Notes under the pieces: generated by a model
What the model was told of the DNA's origin: nothing
Database searches by the model: none
The model's input: only the letters and a program-made list of their open reading frames with translations
Assembly (NCBI GenBank): GCA_964570875.1
Contig: CAZMZE010000021.1
Location: 4,987-68,986, forward strand
DNA: 64,000 bases
Reading direction: 5' to 3'
Origin: an uncultured Dehalococcoidia bacterium
Lineage (GTDB): Bacteria; Chloroflexota; Dehalococcoidia; Lucifugimonadales; CATQGZ01
Made by a program: the position numbers and the translations under genes
Shown: piece after piece, positions 45,064-53,664 of the stretch
How positions within the stretch are numbered: position 1 is the stretch's first letter
Layout: each line of letters starts with the position of its first letter

Positions 45064-45815
45064 TCCTTTTTCTCAAGAAAGTCTTTGAATCCTTCCAAAA
45101 TTGGCGTAGGTTCCAGCGTTCCAGTCATCGCCTCTCTTTCTTTCTCAAACATGCGATTCCAAGATTCTCCTACATTAGTGATCATAATTTCTTTCATCCC
45201 TTGAACCATTCTGGGATCGTTGGATGCTATTTGATTTGCGATTTTGTTGGCTTCCTCCAAAAGTTCACTGGAATCCACTAGCCTGTTCAACAGGCCTATA
45301 TTTAGAGATTCTTTTGCATCAACTACTCTTGCTGTAAAAAGAAGTTCTTTTGCGATTGGCCATCCAACTTGCATTGGTAAACTCCAAGTAGAATTTATGC
45401 GGCCGTATGACGCAGCAAGAAACTTGAAACTCGTCCTCTCGCAGCCAATTCTGATATCAAGAGCAGACGCTATCACTGCTGCTCCCCCATAAGCTAAACC
45501 ATTTATTGCCCCAACCGTAGGTTTTATGCAAGATGCTATATGCCAATTGGGATCTATCTTCAAAGGATCTGAAGGGGGATTTTCTAAGTTGGATGCTAAT
45601 CGAGCAGCCTCTTTAATATCTGCTCCTGCAGAGAATGCTCTTTCACCGCTACCAGTCAGCAAAATCACCTTTATATTTGAATCTAACTCCATCTCTGTTA
45701 AAGCAGAGTCCAGCTCGCTATACATTTTTTTGTTTAATGCATTCAGAACGTTAGGCCTATTAAGCGTAATAGTTCCAACTCCGCTATTTTTTTTTACGAT
45801 TATATTCTCATACAT
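45054..45815 (-). CDS. enoyl-CoA hydratase/isomerase family protein
   Basis: ITLNRPNVLNAL, LTGSGERAFSAGADI and AINGLAYGGA (the crotonase oxyanion-hole regions). Confidence 0.85.
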   Translation of the reverse strand: MYENIIVKKNSGVGTITLNRPNVLNALNKKMYSELDSALTEMELDSNIKVILLTGSGERAFSAGADIKEAARLASNLENPPSDPLKIDPNWHIASCIKPTVGAINGLAYGGAAVIASALDIRIGCERTSFKFLAASYGRINSTWSLPMQVGWPIAKELLFTARVVDAKESLNIGLLNRLVDSSELLEEANKIANQIASNDPRMVQGMKEIMITNVGESWNRMFEKEREAMTGTLEPTPILEGFKDFLEKKEWK

Positions 45816-45886
45816 TTATCAATCTCCGGAGAAGTTTTCCGTATTCTAAAGCAACTAGGTTAAGAGTCATATTTGCTATAAACTAC

Positions 45887-47593
45887 TCAGTCTCTTTGAA
45901 CAAATGGTAATTTAATATGGGAAGGGTATTCATTCGAATGATAGATCGCCTGCATTGCAGGCACAACATTTTGAGAGCTAACAATATCATTGCCCGTATT
46001 AGTATTACGGTCGTATTTCGGGTAATTACTGCTAGAAACTTCAATACGAATCTTATGTCCACGCTTAAACAGATTACTAGTAGCCCTTAAATCTATACTG
46101 TATTCGCAAACATCACCAGCGACTGTTGGATTAGCAGAATCTTGAACTAATTGGTATCGTGTTCTTATAATTCCGTCCGCAATTTTCATCGCACATCCAC
46201 AGTGACTGACATCAACTAATTTTACAGTGAAATCAGTATCCACCGCCGACGTTGAGGCATACAGAACCATTGATACTGGTCCAGTAATCTCAGTATCTCG
46301 TTCAAGCGTACTAGACGTATACACAAGTACATCATGCCTAACTTCTATCGATCTTTGATCTATCGCGCCGGAAGTTAGGAAAGCCGCATCACAGCATGTA
46401 TCTCCCGCAATGGACGGGACCGGATCGATAGGATTGTACACATATACGTCAGGAGGTTCTCCGTGAGGTAAATCGACAGTTAATTTACCATCTCCATTTA
46501 GTGTGTTTGCTCGTCCATCACTATGGATATAATAATTAACTTCTGATGCTCGTGAGAGTGGCCATGTTTCCTCATAACGCCATTCATTCTCTCCCATTAC
46601 AAATAATTTGACCGGTTTGTCTTCAGCAACTCCATTATCTTGATCTTTCAACCAGTGATCGTAATATCTGAGGATCTGACCCTGCAAATCCACATCACCA
46701 ATTGATGATTTGAATCCGTATGATGGTGATGCGATTGGTGTGAGATACGGATCACCGGAATTAACCCATGGGCCTATCAACAATCTTTGTCCCCTCCGCG
46801 CAACTTCTGACCCACCCAGTTCGGACATTCGAGTGTAATTTCGAATAGTGCCTCCTATTCTGCTATCGAACCATCCTCCGTAGTTAAATGATGGGATATC
46901 TATTGAAGAATGAGATTCTTCAATAGATATCCTCTGCCAGTACGAATCATATTCAGGATGGTTCAGCCAATCAAAATAGTAAGGCGCCAAAGTTCGGATT
47001 TCAGGTATATCTGCTAGAAGAATATTATTGTAAATATTTTGTGCATCTTTGTTATAGTCAACTAGTCTATCCAGATAATCCTGACTCAAAAATAACCGCC
47101 TGGAAAGATTCTCCCAGTTTCCAGTAGTTAATTCTCCGAGAGTCCACGACAAATTTGATTCTAGTTCGAAAGCACCTCGTCTCCATATCCAGCCATCCTG
47201 ATAATTGGATGCTGTAAAACCAGGCGCGATACATCCCAAAGATTTAGGCTTTGACTTCGCTGCCATCCACTGTGAGGCACCGGAGTAAAATTTCCCATAC
47301 ATTCCTACTCTTCCGTTAGACCATGATTGATTCGCCACCCACTCTACTGAATCATGCCCATCATCAATTTCATTAACGAAAGCATAGAAATCGCCACCTG
47401 AAGAATGTCTCCCCCTAACGTCTTGTATCACAACTGCGTAACCGCTAGACGCTGCTTTTATTGGATCCAAATCTTCAAATCTACCGGATTGAGAAGATTT
47501 GTTGCTGGCTGTCCTGGAAAGTAAGGCCGGGAATTTGTCAGCAACATCAGGCCTAAACACATCCACATAGGTAATAGAACCATCTCTCAGCAT
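45887..47593 (-). CDS. CocE/NonD-family alpha/beta hydrolase homolog lacking the catalytic Ser and His (probable pseudoenzyme)
   Basis: Collinear with Rhodococcus CocE as I recall it: MLRDG..YVDVFRPD, VVIQDVRGR, VGMYGKFYSGASQW (versus VGMFGVSYLGVTQW), GGWFD, LIGPWVNSG (versus VVGPWSHSN), DTDFTVKLVDV, SSSNYPKYDRNTNTG. Confidence 0.75.
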   Translation of the reverse strand: MLRDGSITYVDVFRPDVADKFPALLSRTASNKSSQSGRFEDLDPIKAASSGYAVVIQDVRGRHSSGGDFYAFVNEIDDGHDSVEWVANQSWSNGRVGMYGKFYSGASQWMAAKSKPKSLGCIAPGFTASNYQDGWIWRRGAFELESNLSWTLGELTTGNWENLSRRLFLSQDYLDRLVDYNKDAQNIYNNILLADIPEIRTLAPYYFDWLNHPEYDSYWQRISIEESHSSIDIPSFNYGGWFDSRIGGTIRNYTRMSELGGSEVARRGQRLLIGPWVNSGDPYLTPIASPSYGFKSSIGDVDLQGQILRYYDHWLKDQDNGVAEDKPVKLFVMGENEWRYEETWPLSRASEVNYYIHSDGRANTLNGDGKLTVDLPHGEPPDVYVYNPIDPVPSIAGDTCCDAAFLTSGAIDQRSIEVRHDVLVYTSSTLERDTEITGPVSMVLYASTSAVDTDFTVKLVDVSHCGCAMKIADGIIRTRYQLVQDSANPTVAGDVCEYSIDLRATSNLFKRGHKIRIEVSSSNYPKYDRNTNTGNDIVSSQNVVPAMQAIYHSNEYPSHIKLPFVQRD

Positions 47594-47835
47594 GAGAGGT
47601 ATATTGGGTTCAAATGTAACTGAATATTGATTTGCTATACCAGAATCTCCATCAAAAAATCTCTAAGGCCAATTATTAAGAACGGCTGTGAATTTAGCAT
47701 AATGATAGCAATCCTGACAAGTTTATGTCAGATTCTTAAATCATATGTTAAAATTTATAGGTTGGTAGGAATTGTTTCCCATACAAAATACTAAGTTATA
47801 AGCCAGATTCCAATTTCCCAGAGGTAAACACTGTT

Positions 47836-49563
47836 TTGAGTAATCAAGTTCGATCATCCGATTTAATAACTCCGTACGGAGGGCAATTAATTGACCTTAT
47901 TGTTCCCGATAATGATCAAGAAGAAGCTAAGCAAAATGCAGGTCAACTGCCTTCTATTCAAGTGTCAGACAGAATTGTTTGTGACCTTGAATTGTTAGCT
48001 ACCGGTGGATTTTCGCCACTTGACAAATTCATGGGTAAGGAAGACTACAGTAGTGTAGTAGAAAACATGAGACTGACATCCGGTCATGTATTTCCAATTC
48101 CTATTACCTTACCAGTAGATTCAAAAGACGTGCATCTAGATTCTACGATTGCTTTACGGAATTCAAAGAATGAACTTCTAGCAACTTTGACCATAGAAGA
48201 AGCTTACGAATGGGACCGAATCCACACAGCACAAGAAGTTTTCGGAACCACTGATGACCGACACCCGATAGTGTCAGAAATGCAAAGATGGGGAACAGTG
48301 AACATTTCAGGGAAACTGACCGTCCTTTCCCCTCCACCTCATTTTGACTTTAGAGAACTGCGGTTGACGCCGGAACAAACAAGACTTCAATTACAAAATT
48401 TCGGAACAAGTAACGTAGTAGCATTTCAAACAAGGAATCCACTTCACCGAGTTCATGAAGAACTTACCAAAAGAGCAGCTAGTTCAGTTAATGGAGTTTT
48501 GCTGCTCCATCCTGTCGTTGGACTTACCAAGCCTGGAGACGTCGATCATTACACCAGAGTCAGAACATACAAGGCACTTGCTGACCGATACTACCAAGAT
48601 ACTGGTATCGTACTATCGCTACTCCCATTAGCTATGAGAATGGGTGGCCCTAGAGAAGCGTTATGGCATGCGATCATAAGAAGAAACTATGGCGCAAACA
48701 ATTTAATTGTTGGGCGAGACCATGCAGGACCTGGTAAAGACTCAACCGGCAAACCTTTCTATGGCCCTTACGATGCCCAAGACATCGTCCAGGAACACAG
48801 TGAAGAGATCGGCGTTAATGTAGTACCATTCCAGGAACTTGTATACATCCCAAGCGAGGATCGGTACGAGGAATCGTCAAAAGTAAGCACTGGAACGGTT
48901 ACTGATTCAATCTCAGGTACTCAAGTTAGAGAGGATTACCTAAATAAAGGTAAAATTCTACCCGAATGGTTTACTAGACCAGAAGTAGCACAAGTATTAT
49001 CCGACAGCTACCCACCGAGACACAGGCAAGGTGCCTGCATATGGTTCACAGGCTTAAGCGGATCAGGAAAATCTACCACAGCAGATATACTAACTGTGCT
49101 GCTCATGGAACAAGGAAGACACGTAACGGTGCTAGACGGAGACGTAGTAAGAACTCATCTTTCCCAAGGACTTGGATTTAGCAAAGAAGACAGAGATATC
49201 AATATACGCCGGATAGGTTTCGTTGCAGCGGAAATAGTCAGATCCGGGGGCGTAGCAGTATGTGCAGCCGTAAGCCCATATCGATCTACGAGAGATGATG
49301 TTCGCAATATGGTCGGTAAAGACAAATTCATTGAAGTTTTCGTGAACACCCCATTGGACATATGTGAAGGACGCGACACCAAGGGGATGTATGCAAAAGC
49401 CCGTAGAGGAGAAATAAAAGACTTCACCGGAATAGACGATCCTTATGAGTCTCCTACTGATCCCGAAATAGAATTAGACACTGTGCTAGAAACTGCCGAA
49501 AGTAATGCACATAAAGTACTCCAACATCTAGGTAGCCTCGGGTTTGTACGTGAAATTGGATAG
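47836..49563 (+). CDS. sat: bifunctional sulfate adenylyltransferase / adenylylsulfate kinase
   Basis: AFQTRNPLHRVHEEL and GRDHAG (ATP sulfurylase). C-terminal FTGLSGSGKSTTA, DGD.VR and ISPY-type motifs (APS kinase). TTG start. Confidence 0.9.
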   Translation: MSNQVRSSDLITPYGGQLIDLIVPDNDQEEAKQNAGQLPSIQVSDRIVCDLELLATGGFSPLDKFMGKEDYSSVVENMRLTSGHVFPIPITLPVDSKDVHLDSTIALRNSKNELLATLTIEEAYEWDRIHTAQEVFGTTDDRHPIVSEMQRWGTVNISGKLTVLSPPPHFDFRELRLTPEQTRLQLQNFGTSNVVAFQTRNPLHRVHEELTKRAASSVNGVLLLHPVVGLTKPGDVDHYTRVRTYKALADRYYQDTGIVLSLLPLAMRMGGPREALWHAIIRRNYGANNLIVGRDHAGPGKDSTGKPFYGPYDAQDIVQEHSEEIGVNVVPFQELVYIPSEDRYEESSKVSTGTVTDSISGTQVREDYLNKGKILPEWFTRPEVAQVLSDSYPPRHRQGACIWFTGLSGSGKSTTADILTVLLMEQGRHVTVLDGDVVRTHLSQGLGFSKEDRDINIRRIGFVAAEIVRSGGVAVCAAVSPYRSTRDDVRNMVGKDKFIEVFVNTPLDICEGRDTKGMYAKARRGEIKDFTGIDDPYESPTDPEIELDTVLETAESNAHKVLQHLGSLGFVREIG

Positions 49564-49636
49564 AATGCAAACTTCCTTGGACAATTAAACCAGCACTGAT
49601 CCTTACCTAATTCACTACATCCATTAATTCAAAACC

Positions 49637-50233
49637 ATGAACCTGTTAGGACACGTGGGACTCAGTTTAGCTATAGCATATAGTGCAGACTCGCTCATAC
49701 TAAAAGCACCTCTGAACAATGGCAACAGCCTTCACAATTATCGTTTTGAGAGTTTTGCAAAGTGGTTCAACAAAAACATTGATTACAGGGTTGTTATCAT
49801 TAGTTCAATTGCAGCAGACCTTATTGACAAACCACTAGGACTTTGGTTAATCCCTGATTTCGTCAGCTACAACACAAGAAGCGTCGGACACTCGCTATTA
49901 TTTTGTCTTGCACTTTTCCTGCTTTGTGTGTTTTTTCGGAAAACATGGCGCCAAAACATGGTCATCGTAGCTGCAATGAATATTTCACACTTGATCTTCG
50001 ATCAGATGTGGATGCAAAGGGAAATCTCGTTGTGGCCATTATACGGCTGGGAGTTCCCGATAATTGACAGCACAACATTTTCCAATTATTCAGAAAATGT
50101 AATTAACAATCTTTACAATTTCTATAAATATCCATGGGAAGTGATAGGGATGATAATCATTACTATGTTTATCATCCGTTTGATCTTCAAAGGTAATATC
50201 ATTTCATTTCTTCAACATGGCAAAATTGACTAG
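49637..50233 (+). CDS. YdjM/DUF457-like membrane-bound metal-dependent hydrolase
   Basis: The N-terminus MNLLGHVGLSLAI, a later GHS and several hydrophobic helices fit the DUF457 pattern. Confidence 0.55.
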   Translation: MNLLGHVGLSLAIAYSADSLILKAPLNNGNSLHNYRFESFAKWFNKNIDYRVVIISSIAADLIDKPLGLWLIPDFVSYNTRSVGHSLLFCLALFLLCVFFRKTWRQNMVIVAAMNISHLIFDQMWMQREISLWPLYGWEFPIIDSTTFSNYSENVINNLYNFYKYPWEVIGMIIITMFIIRLIFKGNIISFLQHGKID

Positions 50234-50285
50234 GATTATTTAAATAATTCTACAATAAACCACAGAAGGATATAACTTAACTTTT

Positions 50286-51950
50286 CTATGTTGCTCCAAT
50301 AGAATCCAATTCTTCTCTTGTATAGGACCCCAAACTCCTGAATTCCATTTCAGTATAACTTTTTATCCAATGACGGGTAACAGACGCTGACTTACGGTAC
50401 CTATCAACAGATGTCGAATCAATCCCCTCTTTGTTTCGCAGAGTCAAAATATCTTCCAATTCACTATCTACGATACCGTTCACAAGTGCAAAATCATGAC
50501 TTTGACCAGATTCTGAGTCAACACTAGAATAAATTATCCGTTGTGCAGTTTGGGCAACGGATATTCTAGCCGTGGCTAAGTCTTCCATTAATCTCGGATG
50601 AACTCCGGGACGACCTTCCAAACTATCAATACCTTTTGCTCCTCTGCCAGCTATCCAGCCTTCCACATATTCGATCATGGTACGTATATTGCGTCGAGTT
50701 CCCTCAAGCGTTATCGGACCTTCGGGAGTTTCTAGCTTTACTGGATATAGACTCGGGTCTTTCATTTCTACTGAAGGGTTCCAACCCGTATCATGCAAAT
50801 TCTTAAAAGGATCTGCCGCTGTTTTCATATGAAATATGTGCGCTACCCAGCCCCTCAAAAAACCCTGTTGTGCTTCCCAATTTTTGTCACTCTCTATAGT
50901 AGTAGCAGCTACTTCATTTACTTCAGGGTCCTTGTCTGGAAGTGCTGTTGCCATACCACCGATAGGAACAGCGTCATGTTTCAGGCAAACAGCAACCAGC
51001 CGTCGGAATATATTGGCTATGAAATTTGTTGTTTTTATATCCACTCCAAACCTATCTGGCCATACTGAATTACCATCAGCCATAACATATTCCAAAATAC
51101 TAGCCTTCAAATCCCATCGAGCTGCATTAAGACCTGCCGCATAGGGACCCAATGCGTGGAGCATTTCCTCCATTTGGTAAACAGCAGGCAGTGACTCTAT
51201 CAGCAAAATAGCCCTTATTACTGAGTCTGAAGGTGTTTTTAAATAATCTGTACTGAAATCTAAAAACTGCCTGTAAAAAGCTGCTTCCTCTGCCGACTCT
51301 AGCTTGGGTAAATACCAGTACAGTCCTTGTCCACGACTTATTTGAGCCTGGCCGGCATGGAAAAGCGTGGATGCCATACCCAAAATAGCCGCAGGCATTG
51401 GAGCACCATCTACAGTAACTTCATGTTCATCTAAGTGAATGCCTCGTTCTCTGTGCATGAAGAAGGGAATGGGGCCATCTTTAATTTCGTACCTCCTACT
51501 CTTTTTCTTATCCTCAAAAGACAACGTGCGCTCGACTGCGCCTTTACGATTTAAGGCAGCTGAAACTGTATCGACTAGTCTATGACCTGCCGAATCTTCG
51601 TCATCATCGAGATACCCCTCAGCCCTACCACCGTCCGGTCCAGGATTCAAAGCATTTATAAACATGCCTGTCATAGAAGCTGGGCCTGAAATTTCAATCC
51701 CTGGCAGTCTCAGTTCTTCGGGAACTGGAGGCACTTTCCAATCACTCGTATTAATTTCACTCTGGGGAAGGTGGTCTGGCATTTTGCCTTCCAGTGCTTT
51801 ATTCACTACTCCAGCTCTTTTACATCGGAGCTCAAGCAATTTAGGCCCTAATTCGTCCCGTGCAGCTACAAGATAATTGATAAATTCATCAGTGAATACT
51901 TCATTAGAACCTGCAACTTTTGAATATTTCAACCGATTAGATGATGACAA
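50286..51950 (-). CDS. malate synthase A-like protein
   Basis: 554 aa. YLDDDEDS, HRERGIHLDE, LYWYLPKLESAEEAAFY (cf. FYLPKMESHLEARLW), ARWDLKASI and GGMA. Confidence 0.7.
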   Translation of the reverse strand: MSSSNRLKYSKVAGSNEVFTDEFINYLVAARDELGPKLLELRCKRAGVVNKALEGKMPDHLPQSEINTSDWKVPPVPEELRLPGIEISGPASMTGMFINALNPGPDGGRAEGYLDDDEDSAGHRLVDTVSAALNRKGAVERTLSFEDKKKSRRYEIKDGPIPFFMHRERGIHLDEHEVTVDGAPMPAAILGMASTLFHAGQAQISRGQGLYWYLPKLESAEEAAFYRQFLDFSTDYLKTPSDSVIRAILLIESLPAVYQMEEMLHALGPYAAGLNAARWDLKASILEYVMADGNSVWPDRFGVDIKTTNFIANIFRRLVAVCLKHDAVPIGGMATALPDKDPEVNEVAATTIESDKNWEAQQGFLRGWVAHIFHMKTAADPFKNLHDTGWNPSVEMKDPSLYPVKLETPEGPITLEGTRRNIRTMIEYVEGWIAGRGAKGIDSLEGRPGVHPRLMEDLATARISVAQTAQRIIYSSVDSESGQSHDFALVNGIVDSELEDILTLRNKEGIDSTSVDRYRKSASVTRHWIKSYTEMEFRSLGSYTREELDSIGAT

Positions 51951-51995
51951 AGGATTCCTCCAATATTGATTATCCCTTTTTATATGATCAGGTGT

Positions 51996-52721
51996 TTAGC
52001 TGGGAATTTCCAGAAGGACAGTTGCGCCCATATCAATATATTTATCCCGTAATGCCCGATCATAACTTCTATATACCAGTTTAACACCCGTGCCTTCTAA
52101 TTGATTTACAACGTATCGGACACAGTCATCATCTGTCTTGAACGGATGATTGGGATTCGACTCCCTGCTAAAACTTAGGTCTGCGGGTCCCCAAGAAAGA
52201 CAATCTACACCTTTCTTGGCTAATTTCTTGGTATTGGTAACAGCATTTATGGATTCTATCTGCATCCAGAGCACACCATATGAATTCCACCAATTAGCGT
52301 AATCTACTCTATCCAATCCCGACTGTTTTAGATTCTTCGCATCTCCACCAATCCAACTTCTCCTTGCAACTGGTGGAAAATAAAAATGTTCCACTGCTTC
52401 ATCAACAGTTGCAACACTCTCTACCTGTGGGATCTCTATAAGAGTCGGCCCTAAATCAAGTATGTTGCCGACCAGATAAGAATGCCTGGTATGCTTAATT
52501 CTGAAATGCACATCAATATCCAGTTCATCTGCCAAATTACAAAAATCTACCAACTGGTGTTCTGAAAAAGGCGAATGCTGGCTATCGAGCGAAAAAAAAT
52601 CATAAGGATACTGATCAAGTACCGATTTAAGTCTGTCAACTCCATCGGCCATTGACACTGCCGCCCCAATAATTATTTCCCCTTCATTGATTCTTTGTTT
52701 CAATTGTTTTTTATTTGCCAT
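51996..52721 (-). CDS. HpcH/HpaI-family class II aldolase/lyase
   Basis: YDFFSLDSQHSPFSE (cf. DxEH), FRIKH and LIEIPQVESVATVDEAV are typical of the HpcH/HpaI/CitE fold. Confidence 0.7.
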   Translation of the reverse strand: MANKKQLKQRINEGEIIIGAAVSMADGVDRLKSVLDQYPYDFFSLDSQHSPFSEHQLVDFCNLADELDIDVHFRIKHTRHSYLVGNILDLGPTLIEIPQVESVATVDEAVEHFYFPPVARRSWIGGDAKNLKQSGLDRVDYANWWNSYGVLWMQIESINAVTNTKKLAKKGVDCLSWGPADLSFSRESNPNHPFKTDDDCVRYVVNQLEGTGVKLVYRSYDRALRDKYIDMGATVLLEIPS

Positions 52722-52769
52722 ATCCTGCTCATTCTCCTATTCACTATTTATTTTATATTCTTAAAAGTT

Positions 52770-53576
52770 TCAATCTTCCCTGAAAGGCACGAAATCAGGC
52801 ACGCTTTTATTAACATACTCCTGCAGGTTACAAACCATATTCCTTAAACTCAATCTATCACTATTTAATATAGATTCAGGAACATTCAGCACGTCATTTT
52901 TGCTGTAATAAACTAAAGATGCAATTTGGTTGTCTGTCTTAGGCTTGGCAGCATATTTCAGTGCTATATAGCGCCTGTTTGGCCAACCATTGAAAACCGC
53001 GTGCCACAAACTTTGATGGAAAAACACAACATCACCTGGTTCCGATTCAATTGGAACGCTTGGCATATCAGGTCCATCGACCGCGTACGGATATACAGTA
53101 ACACCACGTTGGTGTCTGTATTCTGGCTCGATCGATTCGTGCAATGGTTGCCTGTGAGACCCTGGAATGACCCGTAGACACCCATGAGCTAAATCGACAG
53201 GATCTAAATACACATTTACTTTTATTCGGTCATAAGAGATCTCTTCATTATCACCGGGCCTGTCCGGATGCCAGAGGTGTTCTCCACTAACCGTGATGTT
53301 CCCTTCTGATCCGGCCCATACAAATCCTTCTCCCAATATAGCCTCTAGTACCGTATAGATTCTCTCATCGTCCATAAGTGCAGTTAACGAAGCTCTTTTC
53401 TCTACAAAAGGAGCCACTGACTGGCCCGTGTCTCCAAGGTTTGCTCCACCTCTCTCTTCTAGCCACAGATCCTCAGCTTCCAAGGTGATATCCTCTATTT
53501 CTCTTTTTGAAAAAAGTCCACGTACAAAGAGATATCCAAATGACTCAAAAAACGCCTTCTGAGATAAAACATCCAT
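52770..53576 (-). CDS. phytanoyl-CoA dioxygenase (PhyH) family Fe(II)/2-oxoglutarate oxygenase
   Basis: FFESFGYLFVRGLFS, WHPDRP (H-x-D), ...PGSH and FFHQSLWH (distal His). Confidence 0.7.
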   Translation of the reverse strand: MDVLSQKAFFESFGYLFVRGLFSKREIEDITLEAEDLWLEERGGANLGDTGQSVAPFVEKRASLTALMDDERIYTVLEAILGEGFVWAGSEGNITVSGEHLWHPDRPGDNEEISYDRIKVNVYLDPVDLAHGCLRVIPGSHRQPLHESIEPEYRHQRGVTVYPYAVDGPDMPSVPIESEPGDVVFFHQSLWHAVFNGWPNRRYIALKYAAKPKTDNQIASLVYYSKNDVLNVPESILNSDRLSLRNMVCNLQEYVNKSVPDFVPFRED

Positions 53577-53664
53577 CTACTTATCCTAATAATATAAATT
53601 AATATGAATTTTAAGCACGAGTGTATTAGTGAGAAATATCGCTGTCAACGGCCGATTTCATTTT

